Positions 15,691 through 28,968 of a DNA stretch of 64,000 nucleotides are shown here, in pieces. Every line of letters starts with the position of its first letter. Positions within the stretch are counted from its first letter, which is position 1. A program made the translations under genes and the position numbers. The notes under the pieces are model-generated. The model saw nothing but the letters and a program-made list of their open reading frames with translations, did not search any database and had not been told where the DNA came from. The DNA is from Octopus sinensis (Eukaryota): positions 90,272,001 through 90,336,000 of the forward strand of contig NC_043002.1 of the NCBI RefSeq assembly GCF_006345805.1, written 5' to 3'.

Positions 15691-16297
15691 ATCATCATCA
15701 TTTCTCTGGCAGATGGAAATTGAGAGAAACCCACCATGTGTGTGTGCATGTATTTGTCCCCCCACTACTGCTTGACAACCAATGTTGGTTTGTTTATGTC
15801 CCTGTAACTTAATGGTTTGGCAAAAAAGGGAACAGATAGAATAAGCATCAGTCTCAAAAAAAAAACAAAAAAACAAAAAAACTTAAGTACTAGTTTTGAT
15901 TCATCTGACAAAAATTCTTAAAAGTGGTGCCCCAGCATAGCCACAGTCTAACGACTGAAACAAATAAAAGAAAAAGAAAATAAATCTTGTCTGTTAGTCT
16001 GCTGTAATCTCACTGCACATGTGTCTCTCTGAATAAAATTCCTGCCTACTCCTTTTTTGCATTTCATGCATAGGCATTGCTTAGATAGCCATTGATTTCT
16101 GTCTTCTATCAGGTTAATACAATTGTCCTGGCTAGATATCCTTTGAGACTTCTCCATTCTTGGCTTTGCTTTTTAATTTGGAATTACTTCTATAAAGTTT
16201 CAACAGATTCAGCTCTGAGAGTTAGATCATTAGCATATTAGAGGTCCTACTGAGAGCTAGTCTTAAACTCCTTTTGATATGGCTTGGAGAACTATAA

Positions 16298-16452
16298 TAC
16301 AGTTGTGGCCGTAAATTTGGAACACCGGTCCGAAAATTCGAATTTTTATATTAAATGTCCAAGGTTATAATTCAATTTGCAATATATTATTACTTAGTCA
16401 AAAGTTTGGAACACAGGTCTGAAAATTAGAATTTATATATTAAATGCCCAAA
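16298..16452 (+). mobile_element. Tc1-like left IR/DR end fragment
   Basis: TA|CAGTTGTGGCC start and two ~50-bp direct repeats (tttggaacac.ggtc.gaaaatt.gaattt.tatattaaatg.ccaa). Confidence 0.6.
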
Positions 16453-16554
16453 CATGCCACGCAGTAGGACTGAACCCCAAACCATGTGGTTAGTAAGCAA
16501 GCTACTTACCACACAGCCATTCCTGCACCTTTATAAACATTTATCTATTTATCT

Positions 16555-16586
<32 letters not shown>

Positions 16587-16896
16587 TCATACACATGCCC
16601 CATTTATACACATATATATGTAAACATCCTTTGAATTTCAACACATTCACAAAACTTTGGTCAGACTAAAGTTAGGGTAAAAGATACATGCCAAAGGTGC
16701 CATGCAGTGAGATGAAACCCAGAACCATGTGATTAGGAAGAGAAATTTTTTACTACATTACTGTACCCCTGTCCCTGTGAGCACATCCTATCTCCCTATT
16801 TCTCTCTCACCACTCTCGTACTCACACCTCTAAATAACTCCAGGATCAATCACTAGTATATTCCATTGAACTATAAATGCCTGTATACTAATTTCT

Positions 16897-17282
16897 AGGA
16901 GGTGCAATGGCCCAGTGGTTAGAGCAGCGGACTCGCGGTCATAGGATCACGGTTTCGATTCCCAGACTGGGCGTTGTGAGTGTTTATTGAGCAAAAACAC
17001 CTAAAGCTCCATGAGGCTCCGGCAGGGATGGTGGTGATCCCTGCTGTACTCTTTCACCACAACTTTCTCTCACTCTTACTTCCTGTTTCTGTTGTACCTG
17101 TATTTCAAAGGGCCGGTCTTGTCACTCTCTGTGTCACGCTGAATATCCCCGAGAACTACGTTAAGGGTACACGTGTCTGTGGAGTGCTCAGCCACTTACA
17201 CGTTAATTTCACGAGCAGGCTGTTCTGTTGATCGGATCAACCGGAATCCTCCTCGTCGTAACCGACGGAGTGCTTCCACATG
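16897..17282 (+). mobile_element. tRNA-derived SINE family C, full length
   Basis: A-box tggcccagtggtta, B-box ggtttcgattcc, highly similar to 28969-29349; 9-bp TSD ctaatttct (16888-16896 / 17283-17291). Confidence 0.9.
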
Positions 17283-17517
17283 CTAATTTCTGAATAACTG
17301 CTATTAGCTGACCTCAGCTATGATTCTCACCTTCTTGTAAGATGAATAGATAATATTTTAGAAAGACCTGACAAATTTATGGAATACAACCATTCAGAAC
17401 AGCTGAAGTTAGACCTGTAGTTGAGCTCACTGAGATATTATAATATTTTCTATTAGTGTTTTGAACACATTAGTCATTTTCTCATATTCTGTACATAACT
17501 CTTTACATAATAATCAC

Positions 17518-17692
17518 AGGAGTGGCTGTGTGGTAAGTAGCTAGTTTACTAACCACATGGTTCCGGGTTCAGTCCCACTGCGTGGCACTTTGGGCAAGTG
17601 TCTTCTACTATAGCCTTGGGCTGACCAAAGCCTTGTCAGTGGATTTGGTAGACGGAAACTGAAAGAAGCCCGTCGTATATATGTATATATAT

Positions 17693-17728
<36 letters not shown>
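17518..17728 (+). mobile_element. SINE A 5' half (interrupted by a Helitron)
   Basis: Head through to the (TA)n linker; the 3' half resumes at 20083. Confidence 0.85.
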
Positions 17729-17794
17729 CTAGCTGAAGGTGACCCGCTCTACGCGCGGGTAAGAGTGTGGTTGTTACTTTCTGTTGCTTCCTTT

Positions 17795-18110
17795 CAGCAC
17801 GTAAAAAGCACCATCCGAACGTGGTGGATTGCAGCGCCGCCTTGACTGGCTTCTGTGCTGGTGGCACGTAAAAAGCACCAACCGATCGTGGCCGCTGCCA
17901 GCACCCCTGGCACCTGTGCAGGCGGCACGAAAAAAGCACCCACTACGCTCACAGAGTGGTTGGCGTTAGGAAGGGCATCCACCTGTCGAATCACTGCCAG
18001 ATCAGACTGGAGCCTGGTGCAGCCTCCTGGCTTCCCAGACCCCTGTCAAACTGTCCAACCCGTACTAGCACGGAAAACGGACGTTAAACGATGATGATGA
18101 TGATGATGAT
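17795..18110 (+). mobile_element. RTE 3'-UTR fragment inside the Helitron
   Basis: Three ggcacgtaaaaagcacc units, then ggaagggcatcc...ggacgttaaacgatgatgat. Confidence 0.8.
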
Positions 18111-18800
18111 TCTCCCTCTTTGTTTCTTTCTCCTTTCTCTCTCACTTTCCCACTCTCTTACTCTTCCTTTCTCTCGGACTCTCCCTCGCTTTCTCTTACT
18201 CTCTATCTTTATGTATCTCTCTCCCATTTATAAACAACAAAAGATCTTGAGTAAGTTGAGAAATAAAATATTTAGAAAGATCAATCATAAATATCAGGCA
18301 GTTACAAAAGAAAGGTCTGCTTCAAGACAGACAGCAAAACACTAACATTTAAAAGGGACAGACGAACTTGCGAGCTGAATAAAAATAATAAAATATTGGA
18401 AACCAAAGTTTGAAGGGATAGAATTTGAGGATAGTAGAGTCACCATGGCTGGCATTTCTTAACGATGGACAGCAACGTATTGACAGTTCAACGGCTGGCG
18501 TAAAATTTTGAACTTGATGTAATAGAAAATCCCTAAAAACCAAGTTTTGACTTGATTCTTTCTCACGACAGTAGACTCACGATGGCAAGCATTCAAAACT
18601 TCTTCATCATGGACGGCAACACATTGACGATTAAAAGGCTGGCACAAATTGTTTAGCTTGATGTAACAGAGAATTGCTAAACACCCGCTCCTTTAAATTT
18701 TAATCCCCTTCCAGCCCCATTTATACCCCTTTTCACCTTTTGGTTAATATAACCCGATTTCATTTGGGTCTACTTGGGGCCACATTTTATAAGATGAGGA

Positions 18801-18999
18801 CTCAACCAAGTTTCCCAAGTTCTGGTCATAGACCATAGAACACACTCAACCAAGTTTCCCGATTTCTGGTCATAGACCATAGAACAATCAAGCAAGTTTC
18901 CCGAGTTCTGGTCATAGACCATAGAACACTCAACCAAGTTTCCCGAGTTCTGGTCATAGACCATAGAACACTAAACCAAGTTTCCCGAGTTCTGGTCAT
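18801..18999. repeat. 42-bp minisatellite, ~4.7 copies, with an internal palindrome
   Basis: Unit ctcaaccaagtttcccgagttcTGGTCataGACCAtagaaca starting at 18801, 18845, 18887, 18929 and 18971. Confidence 0.95.
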
Positions 19000-19622
19000 T
19001 TGCAGAATAAATAGAGACGGCGGAGGTGGCAGACGTCGTTGTAATGTAAACATGATTTGTTATAAGAGAAAGATTGTCCAGATTGTGTGTTGGTGGTGGT
19101 GGTGGTGGCGATGATAATTATCTTTAAGAATGGAGATAAAGAGAAATTGAATGGGAGTTAGAGGTAGAAAGAGAAGGTGTAAATTTTGGAGTGAATCTGA
19201 CGGGATGTAGTGGGCTTTAACCCCGGCAAAAAAAAAATATCTGTTGCGTTTCTGAAAGAGGTGAAGTAGGAATATTGAAACTTTTGCGGCTGTCATTGAT
19301 AGACTCATTGTAGAATAAATAAAGACGGCGAAAAAAGAGAGAGCTCGAGAAAGAAAAGGTGATATATGAAAGAGAGGACGGGGAAAATGAAATATTTTGC
19401 AATGTAAACATGATTTGTTTTAAGAGAAAGATTGTCATGATTGTGTGTTGGTGGTGTTGGTGGTGGCGATGATAATTATCATTAGGAAAAAGAGTGAGTG
19501 AGTGAGGAAGACATACATAAGTTGTGGCGATGATAATTGTAGACCCCTTTTCACATTTTGATGAAGATAACCCGATTTCATTCGGGTGTACTGGGGCCAC
19601 ATATAGGTGTGTGTGTGTGTGT

Positions 19623-19659
<37 letters not shown>

Positions 19660-20082
19660 GACAGGTAGACAATAGAATGCGATGGGGATGGCGATGGGGA
19701 TGGCGATGTAATATTTGTTACTGTCCATGAACGCTGATAGATACATGAGTAAAATGTATAGGAAGGTAAGAAATAAGAGTGAGTGAAAATGTTCTTGGAA
19801 GAGAGTAAAGAGCGACAGAGTGATTTGAGGAAGACTTTACATTAAATAACGGTAGTTGCATTGTCAAATGAAGAGGAGTGACAGAGTACTGGAGGAAATA
19901 GGGTGAGGTAGGAAGATGGCCCCTAGCAACCACACCTTTTAAGATAGGGATTTCTAAGGTAGCCCACGCGCATCGTCACCTCATTCTACATGTCCCTGTA
20001 AATTTTGGAGCGAATCGGACGGGATGTAGTGGCATTGAAAGCGAACCAAGCGGTAAAAACGCATTTCAGTTTTATATATAGA

Positions 20083-20333
20083 TATATATATATAAGTGTG
20101 TGTGTTTGTGTACCTGTGTTTGTTCCACCCCCCACCATCGCCTGAAAACCGATGGTGGTGTATTTACGTACCCGTAACTTAGTGGTTCGGCAAAAAGAGA
20201 CCGATAAAATAAGTACTAGGCTTGCAAAAGAATAAGTCGTGGGGTCGATTTGCTCGACTGAAGTCAGTGCTCCAGCATGGCCACAGTCAAATGACTGAAA
20301 CAAGTAAAAGAGTAAAAAGAGTAATGTCAGTTG
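20083..20333 (+). mobile_element. SINE A 3' half (continuation of 17518-17728)
   Basis: (TA)n(TG)n, then ...gtaacttagtggttcggcaaaaagagaccgat...gactgaaacaagtaaaagagta. Confidence 0.85.
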
Positions 20334-21422
20334 ACACAGATGCTTCAATCTATGCTACTGGCTCAGTAGTAGCTCTGAAGTTGCATTTTATGTGTGCTCT
20401 TCACTTTCCGAGAAAGAGTTCCTATTCTGTCTGTCTCTATCTTTGTCCCATTCTACCTACCACTTTGTAGTTCATTTAGAGAACCTCTACAGCACCAGCA
20501 TGAAAATATGGTTAACAAATTTGCTTTGTAATAACATTGCTCCAGGTTCAATCTCGCTCTGTATAATCATGGACAAGCATCATCATCATGTGTTCTATTT
20601 TTTTTTTTTTTTTTGAAGATTTATTTGAAGAGTGTGATTTAAGGGATGTGCTGCTGCCATGTAAAAAGCTCCCATGCTGGTGCCACATAATAATCGGTTG
20701 CGCTGGTGATCACTTATAAAGGATCTGTGCTTGTGCCATGTAAAAATCACCTAGTACACTCTATAAAGTGGTTGGCATTAGGAAGGGCATCCAGCCACAG
20801 AAGCCATTCCAAAACAGACAGTTAGAGCATGGTGCAGCCCTCTGACTTGCCAGCTCCTGTCAAACCACCCAACACATGCCAGCATGGAAAATGGACATTA
20901 AGTAATGGTGATGACGATGATGTAGCTGCTATATCTCACAGGTCAAGTGACTACATAAATAAATGCTCACTTGTTGGCTATTTTTGTGCAGTTATACAAA
21001 GTGAATATAATGTGAAAGACTGGTAGAGTTGAACAATATCTTTTTTGACAGTGGCTCCCATGTAATTACTGCTATACCATAAATCCTCAGGCAATATCTC
21101 CCTAAATGTGAAAACACCGTTCCATCTTAACACAGTGAGTTTTTAATCATTTGGAATTAAGTGTTTTGCATAATTTGTATCAATTTATATTTGCTTTGAT
21201 GAGTGGAATCATCATCATCATCATCATCATTACTGGTTTAACACCCACTCTTCTATGATCACATGGATTGGACAGAGTATTGTTGTGATGGATTTTCTTC
21301 AGCTGGATGCTCTTCCTGCCATCAACCCTTACCTGTTTCCAGGCAATGTGATATTTCCCCATGGCCAGACATTACATGATATCAAGGCAAGGACACAGTA
21401 ACATACATACACATGCAAATAC

Positions 21423-21472
<50 letters not shown>

Positions 21473-21476
<4 letters not shown>

Positions 21477-21685
21477 CTTTATTGCTCGCACGGGGCTAAA
21501 CATAGAGGGGACAAACAAGGACAGACAAAGGGATTAAGTCGATTATATCGACCCCAGTGTGTAACTGGTACTTATTTATCGACCCTGAAAGGATGAAATA
21601 CAAAGTCGACCTCGGCGGAATTTGAACTCGGAACGTAATGGCAGACGAAATACAGCTACGCATTTCGCCCGGCCTGCTAACGTTT
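21473..21685 (-). mobile_element. SINE family B, slightly 5'-truncated
   Basis: Highly similar to 9867-10098 and 62758-62990. Confidence 0.85.
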
Positions 21686-24551
21686 CATCATCATCATTCA
21701 TCATTTAGCATCTGCTTTCCAAGCTGGTAAGTGTTAGGCAGTTTGACTGAAAGTGTTAAGCTGGTTAAGCTGCATCAGGTTCCAATCTGATTTGGCATGG
21801 TTTCTATGGCTGGATACCATTCCTAATATATATATACTGATAAACCATGTGTGTTGATAAAAGAGATAGACCTCAGTATTGTTGGAAATAGAGAACTATT
21901 TTTATAGAATGGTAGAGTATGGAGACACACATACAAGACTTGAAGTTTCTGTGTCCTTGATCTGAAGATTGCTGCACTTCTTCAGACAGCTTAAGAAGTG
22001 TAGTGATCATCATATCTTTGACATAGAAACTTGAAGTTCTGCATGCGAGTCAACATAACTGTATCCTTTAATAAATATATATATATTTATGTATGTATAT
22101 ACCGATACACACATGATAGGGTTCTTTCGGTTTCTGTCTACCAAATCCACTCTCAAAGCTTTGGTAAGTTCTGGGTTATCTGGATTATAGTAGAAGACAC
22201 TGGAGGGCTGAATCCCAAACCACATGTTTGGAAAGTATGCTTCTTGCTACTCAGCCATACTGTGTTTGTTATTCTGATACTGAACTCCTATTTTACCCAT
22301 AATTTAAAAGCAAAATATAATCTAAAGATTTTAAGGAAGCTAGATTTGGATTTCTGGTGAAAAAAATAAAATAAAATAAATAAATAAAAGAAACATGACC
22401 TGAATACTTTTGGTATCAGAATAAGAAGGAAAAGATTTCCTGATTGAGTCTTTGCTGTGATACCCAAAGAAGATAGAATCAAAATAATTGTATATGCTGG
22501 ATTGGAAATAATTACAGACTTACTGTGTAAATGTGAGAATGAATTAATAGGACAGCGGGTGTCATCAAAAAGGCTTATGGTATAGTGGTGAAGATGGTGG
22601 TGGGGCATATTATTGACAAAAGGGATATGGTTCCATCCCCATATGTCTTTTATTTTTATGTTTTATATTTCTTTGTTGTTTTACTTTCAGACTGGTTTTG
22701 TATATCTGTACAAAAACATTCTGTTTGAAAAATGGCAAAGGGAATGTTCAACTAGAAATTATAATGTTCTTTGTTAGAAGTTGTAAAGAAATCTGTGAAA
22801 ATTTATTCAATGCTTGAAGGAAAAACATAAGGCAAAAAAAAAAAGCAAGGTAGAGAGAAAAAAGAGATGTGAATTGTTTGGTTTAAATAGAGATAATTCT
22901 TTAAAAAAAAAATCGTTAATATAGATACCAAAAAAAGAAAAAGAGAAAGAAGAATGGTAAAGGAAAACTTAACAAAGAAGAAATAAAAGCAAAAAATAAT
23001 AAAAAAAACTGTTGTTAAAACTTCTGCTCCAATTTATCGGAACCATTAAATGTTTCGATAGATGTTTCGTATAAATGGGTTAGGTTACTCCATATTGCGT
23101 TTAGCACTGCATGCAGTTGCAAAAGTGAGCAGGTGCTGAATTCTATTTACCAAACACACCGAGATGATTCCACAGAGACTTTGCGAACAAGATGGAGAGA
23201 CAAAAGAAGAATGATGATATAAATGATGGTATCTTAATGTCTGAAATGAAACAGAATACATACATACATACATACATACATACATACATACATACATACA
23301 TACATACATGCATGCATACATACATACATACATACATACATACATACACACATACATACACACATGCATGCATACATACATACACACACACACATATATA
23401 CATATATATACATACATATATATACATACACACACATACACTTGTGATATCTATACAGCTTTGTTTATATGTTTATATTTATTTGTCATGTGTGTATATA
23501 TGTGTGTGTATATATATATATATATATGTATATGTATATGTATATATATATGTATGTTTTGTGTGTATGCATGTAAATAGTTTTGTTTCCATATGTATGT
23601 TATTTGTGTTGTCTACATACCCTTATTTATATGAATATATATATTTGTCTTTATATAGCTTTGTTGCGGATTTCTTTATCACTCTATCCATGTACATATA
23701 GATATGTATGCATGTACATAAATGTGCATGTGTATGTATGTAAATAGATATATATGTACATAAACGTGTATGTATCTGTGCATGTGTATATGCATGTATG
23801 TATATGTATATGTATGCAAATGTACATTTGTATCTATATATGGAATGATTCTATTCAATCATATAATGACATTCATGTACAGCTTTGTTTTTTTGTGATT
23901 CAAATAAAAATTTCTCTATGGAATTTAACAAAATAGTCTAATTCTATATTAATTTGAATGTCTGGAACAAATTTCCCAAGATTTTGTGAGAAAATAATTT
24001 ATAATCCTGAACCAAAGAAAATAACTTTTAGTAAACGTATGCTGTGAACTCAATATTGAGCCCAATGATGGTATTTTCAGTAATATATATGTGTTAAGGT
24101 GGAGTAAATTCTTTAGCCCTGTTGTAGACAAACGTTCTAATGTTTGTGGTAAGATAAATTACACCCACTCCACATTGTGAAGAAGTCTATGACAGAGAAG
24201 AGAAACCACATACCTTAGAAGAAAGAAACATGACAGTCAAAGCATCAAAATGACTGGTTCTCGTTGCCGCTGTGTGCGTGTGCCAGATGATGAAGGTCAG
24301 ATGATGAGTAGTGAGAGAGTGAGAAACTTGTCCAACCCATGATAACTTGGAAAAAAATAAACAAATGTAAACTGATAACAATGTTGATGATGTAATCAAG
24401 AAAGATATTTGTTGAGTGAGCTGTGATGTTAAGGGATTGAATGCATAATTGTATGTTCAGATCTTGATTCAGTTTCAGTGTTATATTCTTAAGCATGGCA
24501 CTTAACTCTGCTTATTTGAGTTTTCTTGGAAGAACACCTTCTTGTATATGT

Positions 24552-24583
<32 letters not shown>

Positions 24584-25212
24584 CCTTCAACTCTTCCTAG
24601 CTAAAAAGGGTTTTTCAACCCAATGTGTATTTACTATTATTTATAGCTTTATGTAATATGCTTCAAGATCCACTGCTCCAAAACAATTATTTCATGTTGT
24701 CTTGAAAGTTTATAAAATTCTTAGGACATCAACGATATGTGTCTGTAGGTGTGTGTGTGTTTGACTCTGTGTATGTGTGTGGAACTGAACCCAAAACTCT
24801 GTGTGGTTTGGAAGCAGACATTTTTTCCACACGAACATGCTTATGCTCATGAAAATAAATATGGAATGCTTCACAAACTTGTGTACCATTCTTGTGCAGG
24901 AACTATGCTAATCTCTGTATCATTCCAATTTTAGTATATGTGCCACTAAAACTAGTGCAGGTTATTGTTATATATTTGAAGATATTTTGATTATAGTTTC
25001 AGCTGGATTTTGTGATTGGTTATATTATCTGTTCTGTGTTGATACTTTATTGGGCTTCCATTCTGGTTATACTTATGTAAATATAATTGATTACATGACA
25101 GTGTTGTTATTGTATGTTGATATAATTGTTCTGTAAACTTCAAAGGACATGTGAGATTTCATAATTAGCTCCAGTTTGATGATGAGAGGTGAACAAAGTG
25201 AGAAATCCGACT

Positions 25213-25387
25213 AAGGTGTAGCTGTGTGGTAAGAAGTCTACTATCTAACCACATGCTTCTTGGTTCAGTTCCATTGCATGGCACTTTGGGTGAATGTCTT
25301 CTACTATAGCCCTTGGGCCAACCAAAGCCTTGCGAGTGAATTTGGCAGATGGAAACTAAAAGAAGCCAGTCATATTAACATATTATA

Positions 25388-25432
<45 letters not shown>

Positions 25433-25630
25433 ATTTGTGTTTGTCTCCCACTACTGCTTGACCACTGGTGTTGATGATTTTATGTCCTCATAACTAAGTG
25501 GTTCAGCAAAAGTGACTGCGAGATTAAATATCAAGCTTTAAATAAGTACCAGAGTCAATTCATTTGACTGAAAGTTCTTCTAGGCAATGCCTCAGCATGA
25601 CCACAATCTAATGACTAAAACTAGTAAAAG
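25213..25630 (+). mobile_element. SINE family A, diverged full length
   Basis: Both halves present with a (TG)n linker; many CpG-to-TpG changes. Confidence 0.8.
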
Positions 25631-25748
25631 ACAAAAGCCTTTTTCATGAGACAATTTTGCATTTACCAAAAATTCATTCAGTATGTCCAATACAAAGTAT
25701 TGGACAACCGAAGGTTAAGGTCAAATTAGGACCGAACCCTGAACCATA

Positions 25749-25954
25749 TATTCTTTTCTCCTCTAGGCACAAGGCCTGAAATTTTTTGGGGGTGTGGGGC
25801 AATCGATAATACTACTGGTACTTAATTTATCGATGCCAAAGGAATGAAAGGCAAAGTCAACCTTGGTGGAATTTGAACTTAGAACGTAAAGATAGGCAAA
25901 ATACCGATGAGCATTTCACCTGGAGTGCTAACATTTGTGCCAGCTTGCCACTGT
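25749..25954 (-). mobile_element. SINE family B short-tail variant with TSD
   Basis: Flanked by the direct repeat aaccctgaaccata. Confidence 0.75.
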
Positions 25955-27146
25955 AACCCTGAACCATACAACTATTCCTGCACACAAATGACCATTTTAC
26001 TTCTCTTGTGGTGTAAACTTCATATCAAAGATTTACATGGTTTCTTTTCACACCATCATATTCTTGTGTTCTTGATTTCATATATCTCTTCCACTCATAA
26101 TTTTTGAATACTCTTATACTTATACCGAAATATGTGGCTGTTATCATCATATTTGTTGAATTTGACTTGGTTAGGATTTACTTTGATGTGAATCTGTGAA
26201 GCATAGAAGTATTGTTTTGATGTTATTTTGTCTGCAGAATTTTTTAAGGCAGCATTCTCATAAGTCAAAAAAAAAAAAATTGTAATAGATTTTGGCTTTA
26301 GATAGACACAAATGTCAGGTAATATTTATTTCTCAACATTGAATTCTTTATGTGAAAAATTTCATGTTTTTGGTGCTGGTGTGTCTATGTTTTTTCTCAA
26401 CAATTGTAAACATCTTATAATTCCATTTTTTTGATATTGTAAATGCGATAAAAATCATAATTTGGTGAAATCCAAGTGAATATTGGTTGTTTGTCAACAG
26501 AGATTTGTGCGTTGCATTCTTATATTAAGGAATGGAATTCAACAATTACTTTCTCTATAATAAATTATGGGTTAAATGTTGTCTTTGCTTATAAATTAGT
26601 AACGTAAATAATTCATTTGCCATTTTGGGAGTGTATCTGTGTGACCCTACCATACAACAAAGATACTAATCTTCAATATAGTTCAACTAGAATATTGAAC
26701 CATCTCAGTTCAAAGTATGTTTTGAGCCAAAAGAGGGCCACTACTGGGTGGCCCAGCCTGCTAGAAATGGCAACCAAATTTCTCTCACCCTACCATCCTG
26801 AAAAAGAGAAAAGATCCAATATGTAATGTAGTTCTTGACATAACACTTAAAAGACAGGATGATCACATCTGCAATGCTTTTGATCATGCATCTGCTTAAT
26901 CACAGCTGACCTTGAGTTGAATTATAGAAAACATACTTGTGTGAATACCATTTGCAGAAATATATATATATATATTGGATAGGATTTATAAAGTTTGTTT
27001 GATATGAATAATTAATAAAATTTGTATATTTGGAGTTCAACATTTCATATTCTCTTAAAAGAGTATTTTTTTTTGGCGGTGGGTGATTAACCCAAAGTTT
27101 GAATGATTGAACAACAGTCTTTTCAACTATGATCAGCACATCTTTA

Positions 27147-27525
27147 GGAGAGGCTGTGTGGTAAGTAGCTTGCTTACGAACCACACGGTCCTGGGTTCAG
27201 TCCCACTGCGTGGCACCTTGGGCAAGTGTCTTCTACTATAGCCTCAGGCCAACCAAAGCCTTGTGAGTGGATTTGGTAGACGGAAACTGAAAGAAGCCCA
27301 TCGTATATATGTATATATATATGTATGTATGTATGTATGTTCGTGTGTCTGTGTTTGTCCCCCCAACAACGTTTGACAACCAATGCTGGTGTGTTTACGT
27401 CCCTGTAACTTAGCATTTTGTCAAAAGAGACCGATAGAATAAGTACTAGGCTTGCAAAGAATGAGTCCTGGGATCGATTTGCTCAGCATGGCCACATTGA
27501 AATGACTGAAACAAGTAAAAAAGTA
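27147..27525 (+). mobile_element. SINE family A, full length
   Basis: Matches 7121-7524. Confidence 0.85.
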
Positions 27526-27819
27526 ATATAGAACTAATTACTCAATGTGTCCTTCCTTTTTAAGATAGTAGGGTATGATATAAGAGAGATTTGGCTGATA
27601 ATTCTAGAAAGTCAGACAACCATGAAGAGGTTCTCTCATTGGCTCATTTTGTTGGGTATAAAGAGTTTTATGTGTGTTAAATTATGGTTATTTACTTCTA
27701 TCATTTGCTGTAGAAACTGAAGTCCATCTGTAAGCAAGTACCTGGTGTCACATCTTCCAAATCAATGGTTGACCATATATGGCCACTGTTGATGTCTACA
27801 TCAATCATGGGAAAACATG

Positions 27820-28100
27820 ATTGATGTAGACACTATAGACGGGTATCTGTGAATGATATAGATCTCATAAGTGAGTACACATCATATGGGTACACCTTAT
27901 ATGGTAGAGGTACACATATATGGGTATACTTGGTAGATGTAGATATTGTATGAGGGTACACAATCATTTATGGGTACACATGGTAGAGGTACATCTTCTA
28001 GATGGTACACAAAGTAGATGTAGACATTATAGGTGGGTACATGTAGGTACATGTGATAAATGTGAACATTATACGTAGGTATACAGAGTTGATGTATAGA
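27820..28100. repeat. Degenerate minisatellite of ggtacac / gtagatgtagac / ggtagaggtacac motifs
   Basis: Motifs recur irregularly about ten times. Confidence 0.6.
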
Positions 28101-28233
28101 TGTTTCAGTCCTACTGTGTGACACCTTGGGCAAGTGTCTTCCACTATAACCTTGGTCTGATCAAAGCCTTGTGAGTAGATTTGGTAGATGGAAACTGAAA
28201 GAAACCTATTGTATATGTATATGTGTGTATATA

Positions 28234-28310
<77 letters not shown>

Positions 28311-28968
28311 ATCATATTCTTCATCATCATCATCATTTAACATCCATGTTCCATGCTAGCATGTATATATATGTATATATGTCTCTGTATGTCTCTTTGT
28401 GTTTGTGTTTATCTCTCCATCACCACTTGACAACCGGTGTTGGTGTGTTTACATCCCTGCAACATAGCAGTTTGGCAAAAGAGACTGATAGGATTAGTAC
28501 CAGGCTTAAAAAAGAAGTACTGGGGTCTATTCATACGACTAAAAATTCAAGGCAGTGCCCCAGCTTGGCCACAGTCTAATGACTGAAACAAGCAAAAGAT
28601 AAAAGATGGTTGATACACTCATAGTTGATTTACATATTAAAGGTGGTCGCACATGTTAGGTGTACACTACAGCAGAGGAGATTGTACTAGTGCATACATG
28701 TGATTTTTATAAACAATGACAGTTAGGTGAAGAAGTGTTAAGTGATCCAAGTAAAAGGAAGCTGTGAGAGAAAAAAAGAGGAAAATATGGAATGAAATAG
28801 CTAAGGCTGAGTCTAGTATGTTGAATCAGAATCACATGTTGAAAGTGGGCTTCAACAAATGGTGAAATTCTTGTTGGAGAAGACCTATCCAATCCACACA
28901 CAAGGATGTAAGTGATGTGCTGACAGGATCTTTTATTCCTTACTTGTTTCAGTCATTACACTGTGGTC

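Larger units (their letters stand above)
17729..20082 (-). mobile_element. Non-autonomous Helitron (2354 bp) with composite interior
   Basis: Minus strand A|TCTATATATAAAACTGAAATGCG ... ACCCGC-GCGTAGA-GCGGGT hairpin ... CAGCTAG|T; the flanks are the two halves of one SINE A. Confidence 0.85.

Noticed and set aside
16897-16980. tRNA gene (Arg-like)
   Set aside because: The tRNA-like head continues into a 380-bp dispersed SINE body with a TSD; no proper acceptor stem. The same applies to the other heads.
18801-18999. CRISPR array (palindromic repeats)
   Set aside because: The units are contiguous with no unique spacers, there are no cas genes, and the context is eukaryotic.
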